Assembly: GCA_973895155.1 (NCBI GenBank)
Contig: OZ316898.1
Coordinates: 14,476,330-14,540,329, forward strand
Reading direction: 5' to 3'
Source of the DNA: Marsupella aquatica
Taxonomy: Eukaryota > Plantae > Marchantiophyta
Length of the DNA: 64,000 nt
The notes below the pieces were generated by a model. It ran no database searches, had not been told where the DNA came from, and was given only the letters and a program-made list of their open reading frames with translations. Position numbers and translations under genes: made by a program. Positions 47,764-60,279 of this stretch are shown in pieces. Every line of letters begins with the position of its first letter. The stretch's first letter is position 1.

Positions 47764-48711
47764 GAATCTACATTAGAGTTGGGAGGTTATGTAGATTTAG
47801 ATTATGCTGGTAACTTGGATAACGGGAAGTCTACTATATGCTATGTGTTTATGTTGGGTGGAGGTTGTCTTAGCTGGAAGTCAGCAACTCAATTGTGTGT
47901 TGCGTTGTCTACTACTAAGGCTGAGTACATGGCTGCTTAATTGCGAGGCAACCAAGTAGCTGATCTAGCTACAGAGATTGGTGAGTGATCTGGGTCTTTC
48001 ACCTGAAAGACCGGTGCTGTTGTGTGATAGTCAAAGTGCTTTGCATTTGGCTAAGAACCATGTGTTCCATGCAAGGACAAAGCACATTGATATTCGTTAT
48101 CACTTCATCCGTGAGGTGATTGAGATGAAGCAGATGTTTCTGGAGAAGGTGGCTTCAGAGGAGAATGCAACAGACATGCTTACCAAAGTTTTACCTACCA
48201 GTAGCTTTAATTAGTCATTGTGTGGATATAATTAATGTAAGGGCCAAACTGGAGACTATGTAGATATATGTTACTTAGTTACATATTGTATATCACCTGA
48301 CTCATTGTGTGAACTGGAGTCAAGGTGGAGATTGTTAGGAATTGACTCAAGTTCCCGACTATAGTTAGTTTGGCCTTACTAGGGTTAATTGATCCTTGGT
48401 TAGTTTAGGATAAGATCCACTTATTTAGGCCCACACATCTTAGTCCCCTTGGGGGGTATAGGTTGGAGGGAGAGCATTCTCTCCCTCATTCTTCACATGT
48501 TCAATCTCATGAGCTATGGATCCTTCAGGATTTTCTCCATGATCGTGGTGTCTTGTTGGTGTAGTGTGAGATTGAATGCTCTCATATTTCGCATTGCTGT
48601 CTAGTCTGGAGCTGACAGTTTTCCTACAGAAATAACATGTAAGGAGTCCTCAATATGTCTAATGTAGTGGTTTAGATATCATACATGTTTTATTCAACAC
48701 TTGTCAAACAA

Positions 48712-49043
48712 CTCGGGGGGATCACTTCCACGAAAATGGCACATCATGTGCGATGAAATATAGGCCCATTTAAATGGGTGTGGCAGGAAACTTCCAAAGT
48801 TTTGTGGAAAAACAAATAGTGCTTGTCTTATTGATTGGTTGGTTCTAAAGAACAAATAGGCCTATTTAATTATAAAAAATATTTCTTTAAAGTTTTAGGG
48901 GTTTTTAAGGTAAAAATGATAAAAATTAAGGAAGAAAGTGTGTTGCAAAAAAAAGTCACTTTAAGTTAGGAGGACAAACCCTGAAACATCGCACACAAGA
49001 TATGGCCCTCCATATAGTGCCCCCCCTCCCCGCGCGCAGCAAG
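48712..49043. mobile_element. MITE related to the 245-bp family, 8-bp TSD TCAAACAA
   Basis: The left end CTCGGGGGGATCACTTCCA..GGCACATCATGTGCGA resembles 36765. The right end ATATAGTGCCCCCCC is degenerate. TCAAACAA at 48704-48711 and 49044-49051. Confidence 0.75.
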
Positions 49044-50849
49044 TCAAACAATCATAATGGCCAAATGAATGGCAATTTACTGTGTTGATTGACCCAAATC
49101 CCAAATCAATCCATGATTATCCAATGGTTACATCAAGGTATGTGTTTCGCCAAGCCACACGCATACTCAATAGATTTCATTTACATATTTTAATCCTGGC
49201 CGTTGGATATAGATGTATGTTCCATATATGTTACCCTCTCATGAGTCCTTTTATGCCCCCAATCTCGTTTATTACGTAGGTAGAATCAACCATTAGATGA
49301 TCACCAGGGGCTACCTCTCTTAGAAACCCAACTCAATTGGGAAAAACTGTAATTAAAGATAAACACACTGGTTCATGTAAGGTTTTTATTGCAGTAAGAA
49401 CACACTATATGATGGGCTTATTTAAGGCCAAAAGAAGTCCGAGAAGCCCAGCAAAGGACCAAAACCAAAGAAATGGAATGCAAATTGAAGCAGAATCAAG
49501 ATGAAACCCAATGTGAACAAGGCAGCAACGCAGGCACCCTACATTGAGACCTTAGCCCACGAAAGTTTTGGGCAAAAGTGAAACAAATGGTAAATTAAGC
49601 CAGGGAAATGAACTGTCCAGCCTTGCTACATGCTTGGGCTAAGTAGATTAGATCCCCAAACTTCTATGTACCTTCAGCTTGAGAGCTTGACCTTATTGGA
49701 AGTTTTAATTTCCTGCTGAAAATCAATGCAACGTAAGCGGGATGCAATCATTTGTTTAATGTAATCTTCAGTTGGCATAAAAAAATTGATTATATCCCAT
49801 ATTTGAATCAGTGGACTCTATTTTCCTCATCTGTACAAGTCGAGTTGGAGACAAAAAAAATATTGACAATTGGAATATACTTTGAGAGTGTTCTTTTTGT
49901 GCTGAATGCAATTTTTACTAACAAGTAACATTTTGAAGAGTTGGAGGTCTACTCTAGAGTATTTATGAGCAGGGATGCAACAGTTTGGACACTTTGTAGT
50001 AATCTGCCATAAAATGCATATGTGGACCACTTGGCCAAAAGCAACAGTATGTGCAATTATCCCAGCCAAGCTATTAAGCTACTATGGTTAGTGACTACTT
50101 TAGTAGTGTAGTTCAATCCTACAGCAAAAGACTTGATGGGGTCCCTCTAGGTAAACATAGTCCCTCATTTTTCAAATGTACTTCTTGGGGCCCCTTGTCC
50201 CTGTAACCCTTCCTTGTCACATGTGTGATTACTTTTTTTTTCCTTGTTTAATTCTAACATAGTAGGTAGATGTATGTACATTCCATAGGAACTATTTTTT
50301 AATGTAAACTTAGTTAGCCCCTCTCACTCCATATTCATTTTATTCTTGCCTTCATTGAAATATTCTGCATACATAGTACCTACTCTCTTTATTCATTCCT
50401 GTTTTTTAAAGTATTCATGCTTGAAAGTAATTCTAAGTAATTCTCCAAGTATTGTCTTCCCTGAACTTTTAGTAAGGTGCAGCAATGGTTTTGAGTGCTA
50501 TCGGGGTGCTATTTTTATTAAATGTGTTTGGTAAATAAATCACATGGGGACTTAAATAATTTTTTGATTCTATTTTTTCCAAAGGTTTTTTGGAAATAAA
50601 TCACATCAGACGTGAGCATTTCTTTTGTGTTATTTTGGTGAAAGGCATTTTTAGATATAAATCACATCTGATGTGAGCTTAGGTAGAGTATTTCAGGCAA
50701 TTTACACAATCATGTCACGTACACATTTAAGCTGCATGCATAATATTTCAAAAAGTATCACAATTCAAGCGGATTCACAAAAATTGACTTGACAATGCCA
50801 TTTGCAATTAGGCGAGAGTATTAGGCGATGGTATTATGCTTCCTGGATT

Positions 50850-51924
50850 CCTGGATGGCGTTATTAAGCTAGTTTCTAAGTCGACAAATAAGTCCAGGCT
50901 TTCTGATTGAAGATCGATGACACTATTGAATATAGCCTATAAAATCATTGTCAAGCTAATTGCAATCAGGCTTTGAAGTGTTGTTCTGCAGATATATGGT
51001 GACTATCCAACAAACCAGTTTTGTTCCAGGGAGGCAAATTCTTGATAATATATCTATGGCCTGGCTGGCTGCTGACTTACTACTAAATAACGCCCCAACT
51101 CTTTTCCTCAAGATGCATGTACTTCTCCAAGGCATTTGACAGGGTTGATCACAGATACATTAGAGAAACATTGGCTACCTCTGGCTTGAGTCCCTTGCTC
51201 ATCGAGAATATCATGGGGCTGATGACCAGTGCGTCTGCAAAAGTCCACATGAATGGGCAATTCACGGAGCCTATTCATCTTTTGCGGTGAGAATGTCAGG
51301 GATTTCTCCTTGCACCTTTGGTTTACGCCTTATCCACCCAACCTCTAATGGATTTCTTTGATGCAAGAGAAGTCCCATGGAATCAAAATAAATAATGAGC
51401 TCACTATTTTCCACAAATTTTTTGTGGATGACCTTGAAATTCTCACCCCTGCTCGGGAGCCTTGCTTCTTGGAAATTAGAGAAAAAATTATATATATGAA
51501 CTTGCTGCAAGGGCAAGACTTAATATGGAAAAGACAAAGGTGTCTTTATTTTGCATAGATCCTCCTCCATATTGGCTGGTCAATTCTAAGTGTGTGATAA
51601 TTCCTCTTGCTACTTGGGGCACCCATTGGTAATAATCTCTCCAGATTATAGTTTCAGGGATTTTGCATGAGAAATTGAATAAAAGGCTAGCTAGCTGCAA
51701 GTTGTTCAAACAAACAATTCTCCTTCACAGGCCAGGTACTATTGATCAAATAGGTATAATTGCTATCTATGAGGATGTTCATATGATATACATCCACTTT
51801 GTAGGAAGTATTACCAATCCCATTTCGCAGACCTGTAAGGACTTTCTTTGGGGCTATACCAAAGACGGAGGACGAAAAACTCTCTTAGTATCTTGGGATT
51901 GTATGTGTCACCATAAGCAAGATG
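50850..51924 (+). mobile_element. Degenerate LINE RT fragment
   Basis: GVIKLVSK..MTLLNIAYKIIVK, QTSFVPGRQILDNI, FSKAFDRVDH, FFVDDL and CKDFLWG..LVSWDCMC, with frameshifts and stops. Confidence 0.85.
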
Positions 51925-52215
51925 CCGGAGGTTGACTATCAAAAATTTTAGGAACCATGTGCAATCTAAAATAGGTATTTTTGATAAAAATTAACTAAAT
52001 TTTTAAAAAGCGTAGGAGACAAAAGAAGGTATTATAAACTCATATTTATATAATATTTTTAAATCTATTAATACCTTTTGTAAAGTTAACTACGTTATTA
52101 ATATTGAAAATGGAGAATATTCTTGAAATATTTGCTTTATAAAATAGGTCTATTTATATATTAGACTAGAATTGCACGTGATACCCCAAAATATACACTT
52201 AGTTAACCCCCCGAG
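51925..52215. mobile_element. MITE (same subfamily as 32806-33092) inserted at the end of the LINE fragment
   Basis: CCGGAGGTTGACTA ... TAGTTAACCCCCCGAG, with an interior colinear with 32806-33092. Flanks GCAAGATG / GCAAGACA form an 8-bp TSD decayed at a CpG. Confidence 0.85.
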
Positions 52216-54119
52216 GCAAGACATGAACTCCCAGTAACCCAAAACACCTCAATTGTGAGGCCATCTAGTCTCAGTGCTTTATTCTTGTGAGTCTTATTTG
52301 CTGCATAGAATAGTTCTTCCATTGTCACGACTGAGTCTAAAAGTAGAGACTGAGTTGCAAAGATGCAAGAGGAGGCTAGGAGAAATGAAGAATTTCGCTT
52401 TGGACCTCAAAATTCAACACCAAATCTGGAGCCTTCAGGATAAGACGTGTGGTATTCACAAACAAAAATGACAATCTCTCCTATCAGGGATAAGACACTC
52501 GCAAACCAGGAAAAAATAGTAAAATGCTGGGATTCACAATTAAACAAAATTGACAATCTGTCCTATCAGAGTTAAGACAATGACAAACCAAGAAACAAAG
52601 GAATGAAACTAGATGCAACAAACAGGAAGACAAATCTAGCAGAACGCATTATACAACTCCATTTAAGAAGAAAGAGAGGCAAGCGAGTCCGGAAGTGAGA
52701 AGTAGTAGTCCATGTCAATTGGGCACACTCACCGGTCAAATGGCAAGGTTAAGTGAAATCTTCAAAGAAAATGGACTATAATGTGCAAGAAGAGATCATC
52801 CATAGCAAAAAGTAGCAGTCAAAGATAGAGATGAATTCCAAATGATTTCAAGACCAAGGAAGGAACCAAGGCATGAGTGGGTTGACGACGTATTTACAAA
52901 CGACAAAAAACAATAAAGAATAACAGGAACAGTTATTGGTAACAGGGACAAAGGTGGTAATTATTTTTGTAATTATTTTTTATGTTAGTTGACATTTTCT
53001 TGCTATCTTCAGGCGCTAGCAAGAAAATGTTCTCTTCTTAAAAAAATTGGAAAATGAGACTTTTCATGAGACATTTTGGATTTAGGGTTCAGGGAATTTT
53101 GGATTGGTTTTTTTTGTGGTAATAGTAACATTTTGTTGGTAACAGGAAAAAAAATGTTGGTAACAGGAAACTGGTTTGTTGTTTCCTGTCATAGTTGCAA
53201 TATCCAGGTTGACAAGCAAGAGAATGATAACATGGCTAGAATCTATCATGTGACAACACCATCAACAGCTGGTCAATACTACAGAGTGCAAATTGGCCAT
53301 ATAATAACTCACTATTGGCAAATAAACTGCAAGAGGATATTCTAAAGGCTAAGTTAGAGATGGATGTGAGTATCAATTTAATCACATCAATTATACTAGC
53401 TATTATCTAAAGCAATATTCTTCTTCTTTGTTAGGAGGGTGCTTACATATCAACAGTTCTTGAAGTGACTGGGCAGAAGTCAAATTTTGCTTTAAAAAGA
53501 AGTGGTTGATAAGTAAAGTTAAATATGTGGGTATGAACTATTCTCTAGTCACATTTAGTTCACCTCTTCTGCCAACCTCTTCTGCCAAAGTTGAAGCGCC
53601 TCTAATCTATCGATAATTTCTTCCTGGCTACACTAGAAGAAAACCTGTGTTTTACTACTACAGGCCTTGCAACTACTTTGCCTAAACAACTCATATATGG
53701 TGTCAACCACTGTTTTTTTAATGGGTTATAATAATCTGCATTTTACGACTATACTTAGAACTATGTTACCTTAATCACTGATTACAACTCTCCTTTTTGC
53801 CACTAAAACTTACATCACTTGAATTAGAGTTGTATATTACACAAATTTGCAAATCACTACAATCAACCGTCCACTACACCGTCGATGTTTACAACTCTAT
53901 TTTCAACTAAGATTTTACCACTGGCGAAAACCACTACAAATACAAGTACCACCAATATTTGAATGGTAAAGGTGCTTTTTCAATAAACTCCCAATCAAGT
54001 GAATCATTTCCAAGTGATCTCAATTACTTGAAATAATATCATTTGTGAACACACCTATTGTTACTATATATATCACCAATAGTGGAGTCACAAATGGATT
54101 TTGTCAAAATAACTTAAAA

Positions 54120-54650
54120 ATATTTTAGTGACAACAACATTTTTACAAACAACTTAAGATTGAGTGGATTGTTTGTCATTGTCCAAAAGTCTTTAAATAA
54201 AGTCATTACTATCACATATTGTACGACTACAAATGTCACTCATATTAGAGTCCAATAAATATTATTTGATGCAACTTTAGACCAAGTGTCACATCCTCCA
54301 TAGTCCAAAATCACTCTAAAGAATGTCATTCTCTTCATACATTTTATTAACTCCAAATGCCACTAAGAGTAGAGTGCCAATGCAAGGCCTTGCAAATGAC
54401 TTGAAATGAAGTGGATCATCTTCCATTCTCAGAAATCACTATAAATAATGTCATTCTTTAAATACATTTTGCAACTACAAATGCCACTAGCATTAGAGTG
54501 TCAAAACAGTTTTGACAATTGACTAAAACCTGGACAGATTATTTTGTGATGTCCAAAACCTCTCCCAATGATGTCATTATCAACAAACATTTTTAGTCAA
54601 GATATGCATGCCACTCGAATTACAATGGCAAACGGATTCTATTTTACAAC
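54120..54650. repeat. Degenerate ~123-bp tandem repeat x~4
   Basis: Anchor GTCATT at 54202, 54325, 54450 and 54573, each followed by a (C)AAATG(C/T)CACT..TAGAGT-like motif. Confidence 0.75.
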
Positions 54651-54654
54651 TTGT

Positions 54655-57600
54655 ACCCAAACCACTACAGAACAGGTAGTTATAGGGTTTTGGGCACCTA
54701 TCACTTGAAATACCACCGTGTTTTTAGTTTAAAAAATTATGTGTTTAATCTTGCCATGAAGTGCATTTATATGTACCAGCCCAAACCACTTCACATAAGG
54801 TCGTTTCGGGCCCTCACCTTTTGGCGACTACAAATTGCACCCGTATTTGAGTCATGCAACATACTTTGGTGCGACCACTTGCCATGAACTAGTGCTAAAA
54901 GGAGTGAATTGTGTGGACGCATCACATAAGCTCCATATTTGTAATTCCGTAGAGGCTTGGAGTGATTTGGGTGGAGTTCATGATGTTCCATAACTTGTGT
55001 GCCTCAAATCTCTTCACCTTGACATTTGATGCGTCACAACCTCATTGTTGTTGCTATAACTAGTTGGCACACGTGATGGGGGTGTCCCACGGCTTCACCA
55101 TGGGGTGGCTAACACAGAGGAATTGTGATGGCGGCAGGCCCAACCATCCTCCTTTAATGGTGGCCCTCCGAGAATTGTCACAAGGTGGATCCACTTCTCA
55201 TTATCCATTACAAGCTTGTCACTCCCCAAATCACTAAAAACTCTGTTCTTCAAAGCCTTCATTTCTAGCGACTAACATTATCACTCAAGCTGGGGTGGTA
55301 CATCACGCATCCCTCTAAACAACTTCTCATAAAGTGGTAGTCCTAGGGTGAGTACGTATTGGTCCCAAACCACTACAAATGAGGTGGTTTTAGGGTTTAG
55401 GGCAAATGCAACTTAAGATACCACCATTGTTTGAGTTGAGAAGCAAATTGGGTGTGAACACTTGCAATCAAGTGTATTTATATGTAACAGCCCAATTGAC
55501 TCGAAAAAGGTCATTTCAGGCCCTCGCCTTTTGGCGTCTACAAATTGCACCCGTATTTGAGTCATGCAACATACTTTGGTGCGACCACTTGCCATGAACT
55601 AGTGCTAAAAGGAGTGAATTGTGTGGACGCATCACATAAGCTCCATATTTGTAATTCCGTAGAGGCTTGGAGTGATTTGGGTGGAGTTCATGATGTTCCA
55701 TAACTTGTGTGCCTCAAATCTCTCCACCTTGGCATTTGATGCGTCACAACCTCATTGTCGTTGCTATAACTAGTTGGCACACTTGATGGGGGCGTCCCAC
55801 TGCTTCACCATGGGGGGGCTAACATGGAGGAATTGTGATGGCGGCGGGCCCAACCCTCCTCCTTTCATGGTGGCCCTTGGAGAATTGCCGCAAGGTGGAT
55901 CCACTTCTCATTATTCATTGTAAGTTTGTCACTCCCCAAATCACTCAAAACTCTGTTCTTCAAAGCCCTCATTTCTAGCGACTAACACTATCACTCAAGC
56001 TGGGGTGATACATCACGCATCCCTTTGAACAACTTATCGTGAAGTGGTAGTCCTAGGGTGATGGTTGTTCACAAACCACTGCAAATGAGGTGGTTTTAGG
56101 GTTTAGGGCAAATGCAACTTAAGATACCACCGTTATTTGAGTTGAGAAGTTAAATTGGATGTGAACACTTGCAATCAAGTGCATTTCAATGTACCAGCCC
56201 AATTGACTGGAAAAAAGGTCCTTTTGAGCCCTCACCTTTTTGCAAATACAAATTGCACCAGTATTTGAGTGATGCAACACATATTGGTGGAACGACTTGC
56301 CATGAACTAGTGCTAAAAGAAGTGAATTGTGTGGATGCATCACATAAGCTCCATATTTGTAATTCCGTAGAGTCTTGGAGTGATTTATGTGGAGTTCATG
56401 ATGTTCCATCACTTGTATGCCTCAAAGTTCTCCACCTTGGCATTTTATGCATCACAACCTCATTGTTGTTGCTATAACTAGTTGGCACATGTGATGGGGG
56501 TGTCCCACGGCTTCACCATGGGGGCGCTAACATGGAGGAATTATGATGGGTGTTGGCCCAACACGCCACCTTTCGTTGTGGTGCTCCAAGAATTGCCGCA
56601 AGATAGATCCCATTCTCGATATGCATTGTAAGTTTGTCACTCCCCAAACCACTCAAAACAATGTTCTTCAAAGCCCTCTTTACCAACGACTCAAACTATC
56701 ACTGAAGCTTGGGTGGTACATCACGGATTCCTCCAAACAACTTCTCATGAAGTGGTAGTTCGAGGATGACCATTGTACCCAAACCATTACAAATGAGGTG
56801 GTATGAGAGTACGTTTAGGGCAAATGCAACTTGAAATACCACCATGTTTTGAGTTGGGAACTAAAGTGTGTGTAAACACTTGCCATAAGTACATTCTTAT
56901 GCACTAGCCCAAACCATTACAAATATGGTCCTTTGGAACCCTCACCTTTTTGGCACTACAAATTGCACCCATATTTTAGTGATGCACAACACAATGGTGC
57001 AACCGCTCGCCATGAACTAGTGGTAAAAGGAGTCAATTGTGTGGATGCACTACATTAGCTCTTATGTTTGTAATTTATAGAGTCTTGGAGTGATGTGTGT
57101 GAAGTTCGTGATGTTCCATCTCTTGTGTGCCTCAAAGCCCTCCACCTTTGCATTTATGCATCATATATAACTCCATTGCCGTTGTTCTAAGTGGTTGGTA
57201 CACGTGATGGGGGTGTCTCCCCGCTTTACCATGGAGGGGCTAATAGGGAGGAATTATTATGGCTGCTGGCCCAACACTCCAGCCCCTTTGGTTGTGACCC
57301 TTCATGAAATGGTACAAGGTACTACATCCATGGCTCTTGGGATTGTCCTCATGAACTACTCAAAACCATTGCAAACAATGTTGTTCCAAACCTTCACATG
57401 TATGCCACTGCTATTATCACCTATCATTGAGTGATTCAATACATGATAAAAATGTTCTAGCTTCCAAATAACTCACAATCATGTAGTGGGTGTAGGCCTA
57501 CTTGGGTGAATACCACTACAAATGACGTAGTACCAGACCGTCACCAAAGTGCAACAAGAATATCACCAATATTTTAGTGATCCATTACACAATATGTGAA
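54655..57600. repeat. ~708-bp tandem repeat (satellite-like) x4 plus partial fifth unit
   Basis: Anchor ACCACTAC/ACCATTAC-like at 54661, 55369, 56075, 56783 and 57512. GCCATGAACTAGTG at 54881, 55591, 56298 and 57009. Duplicated spurious ORFs (MEHHELHPNHSK..) confirm the repeat. Confidence 0.93.
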
Positions 57601-60279
57601 ACAACTTGCAGCCAAGTAGTGAGCCTGTGTTAATCAGGCCAATTTAACCACTTTGAATGTGGTTGTTCCCAACTCCCTTGTTTGTGACACATTACACTTT
57701 CTTTGAAACAACTTACAATCAAGTACACACTAGTCTGGATATTTTTGGGACTGCCCAAAACCACTTTGGGTGTGGTGTTTCCAAACCATCATACCTGCAG
57801 GACTACAAATACCACTGACATTGATGGACTGGCTAAGTGACCAAAGTAGTGCTTTAAGGAGTGATGCAAAGGGTTGAATGTACCCAAATTGGCAATTCAA
57901 GAAAAGTTATTTTTTACTCAAGTACTATATAAATTAAAAGGTGTTTGCATTCTCAAGAAATGTTTGGCATTAGGACTCATATGGATCACGTCATTTCTTG
58001 TGGATTGAAGCTGAATGACTTGCACTTCTGGACCTAGCTTCACTCCATGATTGACAAATTGAGCACTAGATTTAGATAGGATATCTCTTTGCAAATTGAG
58101 CAGAATCTTTATTTTTAGTTGATTCAAATTTAGGTAGGCTATGTCTTTGCACAGAAAACATAAATCTTTGTTTTTACTTGATTCTAGGGAGTGCCCTCGT
58201 TTTCTCTTTTGTCATATTGAGTATAAACTTAAGAATCAATATAAAGTTCCTTGATTTATTTTTCTCTTTTGTTATTTAATGTAGGTTTAATTTGCACTCA
58301 TTGTCTTTTTATTCCTTTACTATATTCATAATTTAATAGATTCTTTCCCCCTTTTCAATTTAAAAAGTCATTTAGTGTTGGTTTCCACTCGTTGCCCTTT
58401 CATTTGCTTACTATTCACTCTTTACTGAAATCATATTTTTCTATTTTTCAATAAAAAAGTTGATGTTTTCATGTTTTCACTCTATCTCCATTTATATATT
58501 TTTCTCTTTGGCTCAGTCCAAGAATAATTAAAATCAGATTCCTTTTTTGGGTGATTTTTTTTAATTGCGCAAAGTCAGATGGCAGGTCTAATTTGCAACA
58601 TATATTTCAAAAGACCACATATGCAATATTGCGTAAACAATCCTAGTGGCCAGGTGAATATATATATGTTAGAACCCTCTTCCCCCAATGATATAGGTCA
58701 AAACTCGCTAGCCAATGATATAATATATCCTTCTAGCATACAATACCTCGGATCATTGAGAAAAAACCAACTCGGGCCAAATGGGGAAACGCAAGAGAGA
58801 AGAGGGGTATGTGGAGCGGCTTGCTCTTGCTCAGCTCGGAACCTTTCCTTGAGCGCATAGATTGAAGCTTGCACCGCAAGCGGGACCGCAAGCTATGGAA
58901 AGGTTTAGGGTTTTGCGGCTTGGCCCTTCAATAGTTGAGTTGTGAGAGGGCGAGAAGCCCGGGCGAGAAGAAGACGAGAGCTCAAAGAGTTGCGATATAC
59001 CAAAGTCTTCTACGTGGTAACTGTCATTCAGCCTATTGGCCGCGATAGTTTGTTCCTGGTTTTCCAGTTTTGTTGTGGTGCGTTATGCTCAATTCATGAT
59101 ACGAGCAGTCAGCGGGCAGCGACAATGCAGAGCCGACAACCACTTTCGTGAGTGCTGCAAGGTGGGATTTCTTTGCTTTCGTCTTCTATTCTTGGCTGTC
59201 AGTCTATTCTTCACCCCATCTCTTAATGCATTTTTCCGCGCGTCTTCTGTCTTTGGAATCCTTGCTGCGATAGGTCTTAGTAAGCGGAAGAGGTGATCAA
59301 TCAGGTCCCGGGTTTATCTCTTCCTTAGGTTTGTGTACGAGCCACGATCTGTATTTTGGGACAGTTTTGTATGGGAGATGCCGGGCAACATTTTAGGTCG
59401 GGAGATTGAGGTCATGATACACAGTGGAATAATGTGGATTTGCCTACTGGGAGCTTTGATTTGCAGAGTTAGGCCTTTGAAAACATATTAAGCTTCTTCA
59501 TTATTTCTTCCCCTGGTGTCACACTGTGCACGAAAAAATCTATGGAGAATCGCTGCCTTCTATAAATTGGTGGCAATATGGGGATAGTTTAGGACATGTT
59601 TGTGAACGCTCGCTAGTGTAGCGATCACTTGGGATGGTGTTTTTACAGCTTGAGTGTCCAATTCTCAAACTTCCTTCCTCAGCCTGCTTCATCTTGCAGA
59701 AGATTTGCTCTTCAACAAGTGAGTATGGCGTTCATCTTCTAGCGTACTAATAAGGCGCTAATCATAGTAGGCGTGACTATTGAATAATATCAGGGCTCCA
59801 AAGAGTCGCCCGGGGCAGAGAAGAATGAAATTAAAGCTTGCAAGACAGTGTTTCAATATCCAAGCAAGACCCTTTGGCTTCGTCGTGGGTGACATCAAGA
59901 ACATGTGTGTTTAGAATTCTCAATTCATTCAATAGTGCGATAGGAAATGCAAGGTTTCTATGTGCACTATGGACCCTCCTATCCGAATAGTTAACTGTTG
60001 AATTCTTCTTGGATAGATTCAATTATTCAGTTCCCCAGTTCCAAAGATTCCGTCCACTGCCAATAAATTTTATCCATCCAGCAGATTGTAGAGTCGTTGG
60101 CAGACAGTCGTATTGTACTAACTAGGTAGCAACGGTGTAGAGGAAATTAGGTAGGTGTTTCCAAGGTGGGTTGTGGTTTGATGAACGTGTCCAGTATCTT
60201 GTCGCTTCCTTTCCGCGTCCTCAATGCCCTTCTCCAATTTCAGCTGAAGCTTCAAGGACTGTGCTTAGAATTGTCCAGG

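Larger units (their letters stand above)
32431..48628 (+). mobile_element. Ty1/Copia LTR retrotransposon (outer, degenerate), TSD GAAAT
   Basis: The 5' LTR is TGTTAGG..(32431-32475, interrupted, resumes ~36665)..TTCCTACA 37173. PBS TGGTATCAGAGC is at 37176-37187 (tRNA-iMet). Gag start MTSRKLAEPKFEVEKFDGK is at 38267. Integrase HSDVW..VDDYSR..RSDNGGEY..PQQNG, RT KARLVAKG..QMDV..YVDD and RNaseH CDSQSA..RTKHIDIRYH are present. PPT 48321-48332, 3' LTR 48333-48628. GAAAT occurs at 32426-32430 and 48629-48633. Many stops and frameshifts. Confidence 0.95.
53631..57851. mobile_element. CACTA/EnSpm-type element (left end clear, right end uncertain) carrying tandem arrays
   Basis: Terminus CACTAGAAGAAAA at 53631, followed by dense (C/A)CACTAC/CAACTAC subterminal motifs. 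The candidate right end ..TAGTG at 57851 is weak (flanks CTA/CTT, poor TIR match). Confidence 0.55.

Noticed and set aside
54651-57434. Repeated short ORFs (MEHHELHPNHSK.., ..WRLQIAPVFESC..) as a peptide gene cluster
   Set aside because: They are by-products of the 708-bp tandem repeat. Frames and lengths are not maintained among units.
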